DNA of 51,151 nucleotides from Rickettsiales bacterium. Its GTDB lineage: Bacteria > Pseudomonadota > Alphaproteobacteria > Rickettsiales > JABIRX01. The stretch covers positions 1 through 51,151 of the forward strand of contig JABJNB010000079.1 in assembly GCA_018659145.1 (NCBI GenBank). The letters are read 5' to 3'. The notes beneath the pieces were generated by a model. It searched no databases. It saw nothing but the letters and a program-made list of their open reading frames with translations, and was not told where the DNA came from. The translations under genes and the position numbers were made by a program. Position 1 is the stretch's first letter. Each line of letters begins with the position of its first letter. Shown in pieces: positions 17,474 through 27,752 of this stretch.

Positions 17474-17600
17474 ATACCAAATCCCATCTTTGTGAGTTGG
17501 TATGAGTATTTGCCCGAGAGGCAAATCCTCGGCGTAGCGTAAGGAATGCGCGGCCTTAGAGCACCCCATCTTAGAACCGCTTTTAAGATGAGAATGGTAT
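17474..17600. repeat. Multi-hairpin palindromic element (MITE-like or structured leader) upstream of purL
   Basis: Terminal IR ATACCAAATCCCATCTT / AAGATGAGAATGGTAT; internal stems ATTTGCC/GGCAAAT and CATCTTA/TAAGATG. Confidence 0.5.
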
Positions 17601-17683
17601 AATGTAGTTTTTATTTGACACGAACCTGCAGGCTGCATCACAAGATAATACCAAAATTCATGCTTGGAGTTAAAATAGAATTA

Positions 17684-18340
17684 TCAAGCAAACAAAGCTG
17701 TTCCTATCCTAATTTCATCTGTACCAACGGCGATAGCCTCTTGGTAATCAGAAGACATCCCCATACTCAGATAGGATAGCTTATTATCCTGAGCTAATTT
17801 TTTTAAATAAGCAAAATAGATGGATGGGTTTTTATCTTTGGGCGGGATGCACATTAAACCCTTTATATTAATCGTTAAATTATTCCTAATTTCTGCAAGC
17901 AAGTCTTTTAAATCATCCGGCATAACACCATATTTTTGCTCCTCGAAACCTATGTTAACCTGAATTAAATATTCACGCTCTAGCTTTGTTATTTTTTCTG
18001 CAGCATCTAATTTACTCGCCAATTTGTAACTATCTACCGTCTCAATAACATCAAATAGCTTAACAGCCTCTATCGCTTTATTTGATTGTAGGTGGCCAAT
18101 TAAATGCAATTGTAAATTTGGATAGGACTTCTTAATTGTAGTATATTTCTCTTCTGCCTCTTTTACATAATTTTCGGCAAAGCGCATATGATGCGTTGAT
18201 TTTATAAAACTAATAATATCAACCTGCATTTGCCTTTTTGATACAACTAATAAATCTGGCTCACTCCTACCCCACCTCTCTGAGACAAGCTTACTAGATC
18301 GGCTTATTTTTTGGTAATTATTAAGATATTGATCACTCAT
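17684..18340 (-). CDS. yggS: YggS family PLP-binding protein
   Basis: LLVVSK, FAENYVKE, LHLIGHLQSNK, GLMCIPP, LSMGMSSDY, IRIGTALF. Confidence 0.93.
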   Translation of the reverse strand: MSDQYLNNYQKISRSSKLVSERWGRSEPDLLVVSKRQMQVDIISFIKSTHHMRFAENYVKEAEEKYTTIKKSYPNLQLHLIGHLQSNKAIEAVKLFDVIETVDSYKLASKLDAAEKITKLEREYLIQVNIGFEEQKYGVMPDDLKDLLAEIRNNLTINIKGLMCIPPKDKNPSIYFAYLKKLAQDNKLSYLSMGMSSDYQEAIAVGTDEIRIGTALFA

Positions 18341-18411
18341 ATACACCCATTGTTTACTAATAAAATTATAAGAAATAAAGCTCTCTTATACTAAATTTCT
18401 TTTTTCACTAT

Positions 18412-18559
18412 AAAATACATCTGCAAATTAGTAATTTTTATTCGAGACAGCTTCCAAAAGCGAAATTTAAAAATCATAGCACATCTGAGTGCGTAAGAAT
18501 TTCAAAATGAAGTTTTGGGATGATTCTGGTGAAAAAATGCTAATTTATATAGGTATTTA
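18412..18559. repeat. About 148-bp imperfect palindrome, RPE/MITE-like
   Basis: Arms AAATACATCTGCAAATTAG..CCAAAA pair with TTTTGG..CTAATTTATATAGGTATTT; central GCAC-ATCTGA-GTGC hairpin. Confidence 0.55.
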
Positions 18560-18632
18560 TAATTAAATAATAAAAACAACTTGTATCTTGTGGAAGAGTT
18601 AGATAATAGCAATATGTTACAAGATCATCAGG

Positions 18633-19082
18633 ATGCGTTTTATTATTTTATTGTTAGTATTATCTATTAGCTCTTGTCTCAATTGGGATGAAAACCGTTC
18701 ATATTACAAACACGCTCCTCCAAAATATGCTCCTCCATATCTGAACCAACCCTACACCCCATACACTCCAAGAGTTTCTACGCCATATAGAAATACCAAT
18801 CCATATATGAATCAATATCCTGGTAGCAATGCGCATGGTTACAATCCTTATGATTATGATTCTCAATATAGAGAACCTTACAGCTATAATAGTAATAGAA
18901 CTTTTAGAACTAACGATGCTCCAAACAATTATTACCCTCCTGTAGAGAATGATCAATCCTACTACTATAATTACCCTCCTAGAAGGCAGCATAATAACAC
19001 CCCTTCCTACAACAACCAGTATCAAGGCCAGCAGCAGAAGAGTAATTCTAATGATATAAATAATTATGAAGTCGCCAGGTAA
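18633..19082 (+). CDS. Putative lipoprotein with Tyr/Asn/Pro/Gln-rich low-complexity body
   Basis: Signal peptide with lipobox-like ISSC; overlaps the next gene by 17 nt. Confidence 0.7.
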   Translation: MRFIILLLVLSISSCLNWDENRSYYKHAPPKYAPPYLNQPYTPYTPRVSTPYRNTNPYMNQYPGSNAHGYNPYDYDSQYREPYSYNSNRTFRTNDAPNNYYPPVENDQSYYYNYPPRRQHNNTPSYNNQYQGQQQKSNSNDINNYEVAR

Positions 19083-20040
19083 AACCATCTTGCTACTTGA
19101 TGATCAAAGAGTCGGGAATTATAAACAACTGAAAGCTATTACAACCCATCTGCAAAATGACTTTATTATAAAAGAATTTAAATTGGTGTTTAATAATTTT
19201 GTTAAATTACCCAATATCCTTCACCATCCAAAGTCCTTAGCTGTAGTTAATTACCGTGACATAAACTTACTTGACCCAATACCAGATATAGTCCTATCTT
19301 GTGGACGCAGGTCAGCTTCTTTTGCTTGCTATATAAAATCAAAATTTCTTAAAACAAAGTTAGTACATTTGCTCAAGCCAAATATGAGTACAAAATATTT
19401 TGATTTGCTGATCACTCCCAAACATGATCATTATCCACATGCAGATTATGAGTACCTATTACCGCCTAGCCTGACTAACATCAATAAATTTGCATCTGAG
19501 GCTAAAGGATTTGAGTATCTCAAATTAATCAATGAACCAAAATTATGCGTGATAATTGGTGGCTCATCTAAAAATAAAAAACTGGGTGATCTCGAATATA
19601 AAAACTTTGCTAGCTTAATGGAATTTATTAACGGAGTTCAAAATCAAAAGATCTTATTAACTACTTCTAGGCGAACTGATCAGAAGCTATTGGATATCAT
19701 TAATAAAACTTGTCTAAAAAATAAAAATATCGAAGCCTATCTTTATCGCGATAATGATAACCTAAACCCATATAGCTCTTTTCTCTATTATTCTGATAAA
19801 ATCCTAGTTACAGGAGACTCCATCTCAATGGTTGCTGACGCTATTTTAACAAAAAAACCAGTCATGATTTATGAAGATTTTGCCGGACCGAAACAATTGG
19901 AATTTTTAAGTAATTTATATTCTAACAACTATGCTTTAAAATTTACTGATCAAGTGACTGATGTTGATTTTGAGGAACTGGTTAAATATGAGGCAAATGA
20001 AGCAAAGGAAATTGCTAATAAAATTATAGCAATATCCTAA
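19066..20040 (+). CDS. Mitochondrial fission ELM1-like (DUF1022) family protein
   Basis: PDIVLSCGRR, FDLLITPKHD, VIIGG, TTSRRT, NPY, VTGDSISMVADA. Confidence 0.85.
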   Translation: MKSPGKTILLLDDQRVGNYKQLKAITTHLQNDFIIKEFKLVFNNFVKLPNILHHPKSLAVVNYRDINLLDPIPDIVLSCGRRSASFACYIKSKFLKTKLVHLLKPNMSTKYFDLLITPKHDHYPHADYEYLLPPSLTNINKFASEAKGFEYLKLINEPKLCVIIGGSSKNKKLGDLEYKNFASLMEFINGVQNQKILLTTSRRTDQKLLDIINKTCLKNKNIEAYLYRDNDNLNPYSSFLYYSDKILVTGDSISMVADAILTKKPVMIYEDFAGPKQLEFLSNLYSNNYALKFTDQVTDVDFEELVKYEANEAKEIANKIIAIS

Positions 20041-20087
20041 TTTTTTATAATCTTAATTAATGTAGATATGCATAATCATGCATAAGT

Positions 20088-20348
20088 CTACAAACAAAAA
20101 ACAAATAATGAGTTTCCCTTTCCTTTAGTGCTTACTAAGTCAAAGTAATCACATTCAAAATTATTTAAATAAAAACTATAATTTATCCTCCATTGACTAC
20201 CTGTCTTCCCTGGCTCTTTGACTATCGTTCCATCTACTAATCTTATTTTACGCTCATCTTTAAGATCTATCGATGTTAAGCCTTCCTGCTCTTCGTAAAG
20301 TGATGAGCACATTGTTTTTAAACATGTTTCTGACCGACGAAGGGCTTT
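20088..20348 (-). pseudogene. IS4-family (DDE_Tnp_1) transposase internal fragment
   Basis: KALRRSE..IRLVDGTIVKEPGKTGSQWRINYS contains the first catalytic Asp region; both ends missing. Confidence 0.7.
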
Positions 20349-20368
20349 TGCACACTTAAATAACAGAC

Positions 20369-20821
20369 CTACAAAGTCATCTCGCTTGCCTTCTGTAATT
20401 GATTAGGATTCCTATCAATACTTTCTCCACGTTTGGTTTCTCTTGCAGACATAATTTCTACTAAACGTGAAGCAGATTCATTACCCTCAGCTGTAGGATT
20501 ACTTTGATCTCCGTGCCTGACCTCGCGATACTCTCTTGGCATTCTTATCGCTTGCACGCCACTACTACTAGCACCTTGTGCAGCTCTATCTAAGCTAGAT
20601 AGAATCGCTTCTTCTCCTACTGGAGCTTCATCTGTGACTGCTTGAGCTCCACTTGCTGACATCTCAACTTCACCATGATCAACACCTGTATTTTTATTTC
20701 GAGCGCTTTTTAAGCTATAACAACAAATCAGAATACCCAATATTACAGCTGCACTCACCCCTCCCACAACCAAACTAGTTGCAAAAGCAGCAGCGTAGTT
20801 TCTATTATTATTTGTAGCCAT
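20369..20821 (-). CDS. Hypothetical protein, N-terminal TM helix and disordered tail
   Basis: 150-aa ORF, hydrophobic residues about 10-35, no recognised family. Confidence 0.55.
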   Translation of the reverse strand: MATNNNRNYAAAFATSLVVGGVSAAVILGILICCYSLKSARNKNTGVDHGEVEMSASGAQAVTDEAPVGEEAILSSLDRAAQGASSSGVQAIRMPREYREVRHGDQSNPTAEGNESASRLVEIMSARETKRGESIDRNPNQLQKASEMTL

Positions 20822-20838
20822 AGTTGGAGCTAATGACG

Positions 20839-21258
20839 CTATGTTAGGCTGCTCTCTTGGTCTAAAGATTGGAGCATGTGATGGAGATCCTGATTTAGAG
20901 TCTGTAACTCAGGATCCACAAGCTCAGGATCGGAAAAATTTGTCTTATAAATAATAAGTGATTTTGCTTCAGCCTCGCTTAGGTTGTTAAACTTTTCTAT
21001 ACATCCAGAACTACCTTCCTTATCTCGAGTCCAAGGATCACCGCAATATTCATGATACCAATCAAGATCATACTCTCTTCTAAGTCGCTCGATTCTTTTT
21101 AAATCTAACTTTATTAACTTCTCACTTTCAAATGATTCACTAATATCTTTATTATATTGAGGAATAAAAGGTATTATCCTCTCTCCACCCAAATCAGCCA
21201 AAGCGACATTTGGAAGATTAATTAGACCAACCAATATAATTAATATTACCGTTCTCAT
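20839..21258 (-). CDS. Hypothetical secreted protein
   Basis: Signal peptide MRTVILIILVGLINLPNVALA; start moved to ATG 21258; two Cys. Confidence 0.55.
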   Translation of the reverse strand: MRTVILIILVGLINLPNVALADLGGERIIPFIPQYNKDISESFESEKLIKLDLKRIERLRREYDLDWYHEYCGDPWTRDKEGSSGCIEKFNNLSEAEAKSLIIYKTNFSDPELVDPELQTLNQDLHHMLQSLDQESSLT

Positions 21259-21359
21259 ATATGCTTTTAATAATAAATAATACCAACACAACCTCACAGC
21301 TAACCCCCATCTAACAACTTAAGCCAACATGTTATTACATTATTTGATTCTTATAAACA

Positions 21360-22476
21360 TGGCTGGAAAGATAGATATGTCAATTCAGCATCTAAAGGGT
21401 CTATTACAAAATACTTCAATATATTCAAAAATTACATTTTTAGCCTCATGTTGGTTATTAAATTCATAATGATTAGTTAATTCAGTTTTTAAAGTGTGGA
21501 AGAAGGATTCAGCCACCGCATTATCCCAGCAATCACCTTTCCTGCTCATGCTTTGAACAAGGCCATAATCTTTAGAATATTCCGATGACTATCAGAGGCG
21601 TATTGGCTACCACGATCAGTGTGCCATACTAATCCTTTAGGAGGCTTGCGTTTCCATAAAGCCATGGTGGAGCATTATTAACCAACTCTGCTCTCAGATG
21701 GTTTGTCATAGACCAACCAATGATTTTTCTTGAATAAAGATCAATCACTGTTGATAGATATAGCCAACCCTGCTTAGTCGGAATATAGGTGATGTCACCG
21801 ACTCAGTAACTATCAGGTCTTGCAACATTAAATTCTCTCTTTAGCAGGTTAGGTGAGATGACTTTGTTATGCTTAGAATCAGTTGTAACTTTAAATCTCC
21901 GCTTAGTTTTGCAAGAAAGACCAGCTATAGACATCAGCCTCCTGATCCTGTGACGACTAACAGCTCCCCTTGATTTGCTAATTTCTTAACAATCCTACGG
22001 CAACCATAAACATTACGGTTTGCTATAAAAATATCTGTAATCATTCTGGTTAACTCCCTGTTTTCTTGATCCCGATTACTTTCAGGATGATCCAGCCAGT
22101 GATAATAACCACTGCGTGATACCTTCATAAAATTGCATAAATAATTATAGAAAAACTACCCCTATTATCTCTTACCCATGCGTACTTTTTTGGGATTCCT
22201 TGGCAAAGTACGCGGCAGCCTTTTTTAATAAATCACGTTCTTGCTTTAATAGCTGCAATTCCTTCTTAAGACGCCTCAATTCTTCATGATGGCATTCTGT
22301 CTTGAGTAACGTGTTTATATTCATACCAAGGTCACATGCCGTCTGGGCTATTGGCTGATCTGTCTCAGTTGCTAATTTTACCGCTGATGATTGCCTTTAG
22401 GCTTTCTGGACATAAGTTTAATTCTTTGGTTATTAATCTTTCTAAAAGGATTGTCCGAAAAACTATACCCACATCA
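21360..22476 (-). mobile_element. Degenerate IS3-family insertion sequence
   Basis: Left IR TGATGTGGGTATAGTTTTTCGGACA (22452-22476); orfA end DLLKKAAAYFAKES; orfB pieces [47 protein letters not shown] with stops and frameshifts; right IR not found. Confidence 0.9.
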
Positions 22477-22553
22477 TTTTAGAAAACCAGAGAGCTTTTG
22501 GACATTGCAAGCCTTTGATATAGTCAGATTTGGAGAGGTTAATCAGTGCCATA

Positions 22554-23750
22554 TTAATATTTAAAGTTATTAATTGGCTCGCCATCATTTAGAATTTCTA
22601 GATATTTTTTATAAACAAATATCTTATGGCGTTCTTTTTTAGTAACCTCTTCAACAATTCCAAGATATTCCAAATTTTCCATATTGCGAATAATTGTTGG
22701 TAGCGAGATTTTGCATTCTTCCTTTATTTTTCCTGTATTAGTAATTGGACTTTTTTGTAAATATTTATAAATTGCCAAAATTGCTGGCGTGCATTTATCA
22801 GATGTTTCGATTAGATTTGAATCTTGGTTAAATAAGTTAATGATATTTTTTGCTGTTGTTACCGCACCATTTGAAGTTTTTTCAACTCCAGTTAAAAAGA
22901 ATTTTATCCAAGATTCAAAATCTCCAGTTTCTCTAATATTTTGTAGATGATTGTAATATTCTTGTCTGTTGGCTTTAAAATAAAGGCTGAGGTAAAGAGA
23001 TGGTTGCTTTAGAATTCCATCATTACAAAGCATCAAAGTTATTAAAAGCCTGCCTATTCTGCCATTACCATCTAAAAATGGGTGGATGGTTTCAAACTGC
23101 ACATGAGCAATTGCTGCTCTAATTAAGATTGGCATTTTGACTTTTTCATCATGAAGGAACTTTTCAAAATTATCTAAACAATCCATTAGGCTTTCTGCTG
23201 GCGGTGGTACAAAAAGTGCATTACCCGGTCTTGATCCTCCTATACAATTTTGAGAAGTTCTAAACTCACCAGGGTTTTTATTATTGCCTCTGGAATTATT
23301 CATTAATTTTTCGTGGGCCTCTTTGATTAGCCTTAGTGATAATGGTAATTTTTCTAAGCGTTCAATTGAATAATTCATGGCGGCAACATAAGAAGATACT
23401 TCTGTCACATCATCGAATAAATTATTGGAGGATTGTCCATTATTTTCAAAAAGAAGTAAGTCAGAAAGAGAGGATTGAGTTCCTTCAATTTGCGAAGATA
23501 AAACCGCTTCTTTTCTAACATACATATAAAGAAATAAAGCTGGATCTGGCAAAACTAGACTAATTCCATCTAAACGACCAAGAGCAGTATTTGCCTTGTC
23601 TAGCAAATGATAAATCTCACTCAAATCAATTGGAGGCTCCGGTGGTAAGTTACTTGGAATATAGCTATTAAAAGACTCGCCACTAACTATGGAGCTTTTA
23701 ACATACTTGCCGATTCTATCTTTTTTTGATGAGGTGCTTTGATTTTGCAT
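22554..23750 (-). CDS. Fic family protein (class II, N-terminal inhibitory helix, C-terminal HTH)
   Basis: HPFLDGNGRIGR catalytic motif; SSQIEG inhibitory motif. Confidence 0.93.
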   Translation of the reverse strand: MQNQSTSSKKDRIGKYVKSSIVSGESFNSYIPSNLPPEPPIDLSEIYHLLDKANTALGRLDGISLVLPDPALFLYMYVRKEAVLSSQIEGTQSSLSDLLLFENNGQSSNNLFDDVTEVSSYVAAMNYSIERLEKLPLSLRLIKEAHEKLMNNSRGNNKNPGEFRTSQNCIGGSRPGNALFVPPPAESLMDCLDNFEKFLHDEKVKMPILIRAAIAHVQFETIHPFLDGNGRIGRLLITLMLCNDGILKQPSLYLSLYFKANRQEYYNHLQNIRETGDFESWIKFFLTGVEKTSNGAVTTAKNIINLFNQDSNLIETSDKCTPAILAIYKYLQKSPITNTGKIKEECKISLPTIIRNMENLEYLGIVEEVTKKERHKIFVYKKYLEILNDGEPINNFKY

Positions 23751-24081
23751 ATTAACTTTAAATAAAGAATTTGCCTTAAAACATTACTTAAAGACATTTT
23801 AACTAACATCTATGAAAGTTGAAAGTAATTAAGTAAAGAAAAGTTGGCATTTCGTTATTTGATAAAAAATATGTAATGTGGGCATTAGTTAGCATTTTTT
23901 TGATGAATAGATTTTTGTGAAAAAGCCACGCCCGTCCCAACAGGCAAAAAATCACGAACTTTTCAACCAATTGGTAAAACCTTATAAAACAAGGATTCGA
24001 ACATGAGGGAGTTAGATTTGAGGAAGACAAAAGGAAGACCTATAAAGAGAGTAAACAGGCCCATACAATTGATCCTGAATT

Positions 24082-25830
24082 TTAAATCTCCTGCAAATCC
24101 CATAACTTCTTATAGGTACTATCCTCTCGTGCTATAAGTTCATGGTGACTTCCTTCTTCCTTGATGACTCCGCCCTCTAACACAATAATTCTATCCATAT
24201 ATTTGAGGGTAGATAGGCGGTGTGCTATCGCTATTACAGTTTTTGACTTGTCAGATATTAATAAATCAAGGCTGTTTTGAATGAGTTGTTCAGTTTTAGA
24301 ATCAAGTGATGAAGTAGCCTCATCTAAAATTAATATTGGAGCATCCTTTAAAATAGCCCTAGCTATTGCAATTCTTTGTCTTTGACCACCACTAACCTTT
24401 ACACCACGTTCACCAACAATAGAATCATACCCTTGATGCATTTCCATAATATCATCATGAATTTTGGCCGCTTTACATGCCGATATTATATCATCTTTAC
24501 TTGCATCAGATTTGGCAATTTGTAAATTTTCTAAAATTGAACGATGAAACATTGTAATATCCTGAGGGATAATTGAAATATTAGCCCGTATTGATTCCTG
24601 AGTTACTTCCGCAATATCCTTATCATCAACTAATATGCCGCCCTCATTAATATCAAAATATCTAAATAAACTTTTAATTAAGGTTGTTTTCCCAGCTCCT
24701 GACTGACCAACCAAGCCTATTTTCTCGCCAGCGTTTATTTTTAAATTAAAGTTACTCAGGATCTTTTTCCCTTGATCATTATAAGCAAATATAACGTCTT
24801 TAAACTCTATTGCACCCTTAACATTCTCCAAATCTTCTGCATCATCTTTATCGATGATACCATACTCCTCATTCACAAATTCATAAGCAGCTCTAATTGC
24901 GGCAATTTGTGGGTTAATTCCAAATAAAATATATTCAAGCATTGTGCTAATATCACTATGCAACTTTAACATAATCATAGCCACAAAAGCAAAGCCACCT
25001 GGTGTTATTTGATCATTTTGATACAGATATGCTAGTAAATATATTTGTGCAGCCGATAGGATCACAATCATTAATGTATCCACATTATCAACCCAATATG
25101 CATCAAACTTGCGAGTTACCCTATCTTTTTCCTGCCTCCGTAATAATGCAGGTGTTAATTTTAGTTTAAACTCACTTGCTAAATTACCTATGACTTTAAT
25201 ACCAAAAATATTAGATACTGAATCATTAATAATGCCCGTGGTTTCTTGATTGGCCTTTTGAAATAGTTCTTGCAATTTTAACTGCTTCTTTAGTAAAACA
25301 TACAATATCGGAGCATATATTAATAAAAAAGCTAACTGAATTACAGCTGTTAAATAATGAATCTTGGTCAAAAAAACTATACCAATTACAATAGCCCATA
25401 AAACAACAAAGCTACGAAAAACATTTGTAACTAGGTGAGCTAAACTAACCTGAAAGCTATTAATCTTATCAGCTATCTCACCTGACATATGAGAATCAAA
25501 CCAATGCAGCGAATGTTTGACTGTTTTTTGATAAATATCAGTTGTAATCTTGGTTATAAAACCTGGTTTATACTTTATATCAAGCAAACGCTTAATAAAA
25601 AACATCCCATGATTCATTAACTTATAAAATACAAACAAAGCTAGTAAACCGCTAAGTTCTGCATTCTCATCGGTCGCAATTACATCTATTATTTCCTTAA
25701 TTTTATAATGAACTGAAATCTCAAATAATGATGCGATAATTGATATCGCAAAAAGTGCTAAAAAATATATTTTATAACTTAAACAAATTTGCCATAAATA
25801 TTGTTTAAGTGAATTATCATTTCCCTTCAT
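24082..25830 (-). CDS. ABC exporter, fused permease and ATP-binding domains (MsbA/MDR-like)
   Basis: N-terminal TM helices, GQSGAGKT, VSGGQRQR, ILDEATS, AHRLST. Confidence 0.92.
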   Translation of the reverse strand: MKGNDNSLKQYLWQICLSYKIYFLALFAISIIASLFEISVHYKIKEIIDVIATDENAELSGLLALFVFYKLMNHGMFFIKRLLDIKYKPGFITKITTDIYQKTVKHSLHWFDSHMSGEIADKINSFQVSLAHLVTNVFRSFVVLWAIVIGIVFLTKIHYLTAVIQLAFLLIYAPILYVLLKKQLKLQELFQKANQETTGIINDSVSNIFGIKVIGNLASEFKLKLTPALLRRQEKDRVTRKFDAYWVDNVDTLMIVILSAAQIYLLAYLYQNDQITPGGFAFVAMIMLKLHSDISTMLEYILFGINPQIAAIRAAYEFVNEEYGIIDKDDAEDLENVKGAIEFKDVIFAYNDQGKKILSNFNLKINAGEKIGLVGQSGAGKTTLIKSLFRYFDINEGGILVDDKDIAEVTQESIRANISIIPQDITMFHRSILENLQIAKSDASKDDIISACKAAKIHDDIMEMHQGYDSIVGERGVKVSGGQRQRIAIARAILKDAPILILDEATSSLDSKTEQLIQNSLDLLISDKSKTVIAIAHRLSTLKYMDRIIVLEGGVIKEEGSHHELIAREDSTYKKLWDLQEI

Positions 25831-25837
25831 GCTTAAC

Positions 25838-27079
25838 CTACCTTAGATTAAGCTCAACTAGACTATGCTTCTTTTTACCAGCTGATATTTTAATTATCTT
25901 ATTCTTAAAATGATCCTTTGTAATAAGCATCTTAGGATCGTTAAAGCTCTCATTATCAATTCGACCACCGCCGCCTTGAATGATTCGTTTTGCGCTACTG
26001 CGGGAATCTACTAATTCAGCTTTAGCAATTAAAGCGCTGAATGTCATACCTTCGGCTAAATCATTTTCTGAAATTGTAATCTTGGGCAAATTATCATCTG
26101 ACAACCCTTCTGCAAATACCTTTTCGGAAGTATTGCGAGCATCTTCTGCTAGCTTTTCACCATGACAAATCTTCGTTGCCTCATATGCCAAGATAGATTT
26201 AGCTTTATTCAACTCAGATCCTGCCAATTTTGCTAATTCATCTACTTGCTCAAGATCAATTTCTGTGAATAACTTAATAAACTTTATGGTATCCAAGTCA
26301 CTGATATTACGCCAGTATTGGTAATACTCATATGGTGACAACAACTCGCTATCAAGCCATATTGCTCCAGCTTCAGATTTTCCCATTTTTTTTCCATCAG
26401 AAGTCGCAAGCAACTCTGTCGTTAAGCCAATTAAATCTTCAGAGCCTGGTTTAAGCTTTCTATGCAGCTCAATACCATTGACAATATTACCCCATTGATC
26501 AGACCCACCTATTTGGAGGTTACAACCATATTCTTCAGCTAAATGATGAAAATCATAAGCTTGTAAAATCATATAAGTAAATTCAATAAAGCTTAAATTT
26601 TGCTCTCGGTCCAAACGTCTTTTAACCGACTCATAGCTAAGCATTTGGTTGATTGAAAAATGCCGGCCAACATCTCTGATAAAATCCAGATAATTCAGAT
26701 CCTTGAGCCAATCATCATTATCAACAAAGGTAACACTGTTAATATCAAAAAACTTATTTAACACATTCTTAATACCAGCCTTATTAGCCTCGATTTGCTC
26801 TTTTGATAATATTTGCCTAGTTTTATCTCGACCAGATGGATCCCCAATTTTAGTAGTAGCTCCACCAAATAAAATAATCACCTTATTACCAGAGTTAAGC
26901 AAATGCCTAACCAGCATTATTGGTAACAAGCTACCCACATGTAAAGATTTAGCTGTTAAATCAAATCCAACATAGCACACCGCCTTGCTCGCAGATAATT
27001 TTTTTTCTACTCCTTGTGGATTAGTACATTGATAGTAAAATCCTCGGTCTTTTATTAATTTAAATGTTTCCACAGCCAT
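25838..27079 (-). CDS. tyrS: Tyrosyl-tRNA synthetase
   Basis: YVGFDLTAKSLHVG, QIGGSDQWGNI, KMGKS. Confidence 0.96.
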   Translation of the reverse strand: MAVETFKLIKDRGFYYQCTNPQGVEKKLSASKAVCYVGFDLTAKSLHVGSLLPIMLVRHLLNSGNKVIILFGGATTKIGDPSGRDKTRQILSKEQIEANKAGIKNVLNKFFDINSVTFVDNDDWLKDLNYLDFIRDVGRHFSINQMLSYESVKRRLDREQNLSFIEFTYMILQAYDFHHLAEEYGCNLQIGGSDQWGNIVNGIELHRKLKPGSEDLIGLTTELLATSDGKKMGKSEAGAIWLDSELLSPYEYYQYWRNISDLDTIKFIKLFTEIDLEQVDELAKLAGSELNKAKSILAYEATKICHGEKLAEDARNTSEKVFAEGLSDDNLPKITISENDLAEGMTFSALIAKAELVDSRSSAKRIIQGGGGRIDNESFNDPKMLITKDHFKNKIIKISAGKKKHSLVELNLR

Positions 27080-27089
27080 AGTGATAAAG

Positions 27090-27752
27090 TTAGTTACTAA
27101 TTGTTATAATCCCACTTAAAAACCAATCATCTTTATATTCTTCAAATACCAAGCGAAGAAAGGCTTCCTTAACCTCAACCTGACGGTCAGCATAATATTC
27201 TACTATTATTGAATTTGGGTAAAAACTGTAAATATTATCCACTACATTCCCCGTCTCTGATAATTGGTTATAAGTAATATCGTTAGAAATGGCATAATCA
27301 TAATTATAAATATAGCGCCGATAATATTCACTAAAACTCATTCTAAGATTTCTATGAGACCTATTAGCACCCCAATCATAAACATAATCATTGTCATATC
27401 TGGATTTAATATTCTCACCACTAAAAACAATATCCGTACTCATAACATATAAATATGGGCTAAATCTTACACCATGCTTTGGATGTATCATTTGCTTAAG
27501 TAAGGTAAAGTTTTTAAACTTTATTGCCTTAATAACCAAATCAGCTTTTACTTTCATTATTGCCCTCGCCTCTGGCTCTGGGATCATTTTATCAGAATTA
27601 TGATATTTAGTTGATCTGATAAACTCACTAAAGAAGCTCTTATCATCCTCATATTGAAAAATCTTATCATAAAATAAAACGTAAGTTATGATAAATAATA
27701 AGATCGTGAAAAAGATAATATTATTATTTTTTGATAAATTTTTCTCGCTCAT
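27090..27752 (-). CDS. Hypothetical membrane-anchored protein
   Basis: N-terminal TM helix; HPKHGVRFSPY, IIVEYY, LRLVFE..W.LSGI; 4-nt overlap with cimA. Confidence 0.75.
   Translation of the reverse strand: MSEKNLSKNNNIIFFTILLFIITYVLFYDKIFQYEDDKSFFSEFIRSTKYHNSDKMIPEPEARAIMKVKADLVIKAIKFKNFTLLKQMIHPKHGVRFSPYLYVMSTDIVFSGENIKSRYDNDYVYDWGANRSHRNLRMSFSEYYRRYIYNYDYAISNDITYNQLSETGNVVDNIYSFYPNSIIVEYYADRQVEVKEAFLRLVFEEYKDDWFLSGIITISN

Noticed and set aside
17453-17641. 62-aa ORF between purL and yggS
   Set aside because: Runs through the palindromic element; probably a chance ORF
18699-19088. 129-aa hydrophobic ORF on the minus strand
   Set aside because: Antisense shadow of the Tyr/Asn-rich lipoprotein gene
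21934-22128. 64-aa ORF
   Set aside because: Fragment of the broken IS3 orfB, not a separate gene
23803-24030. 75-aa ORF and a GGATTCGAAC tRNA-like motif near 23993
   Set aside because: No coding signature; no cloverleaf can be built around the motif
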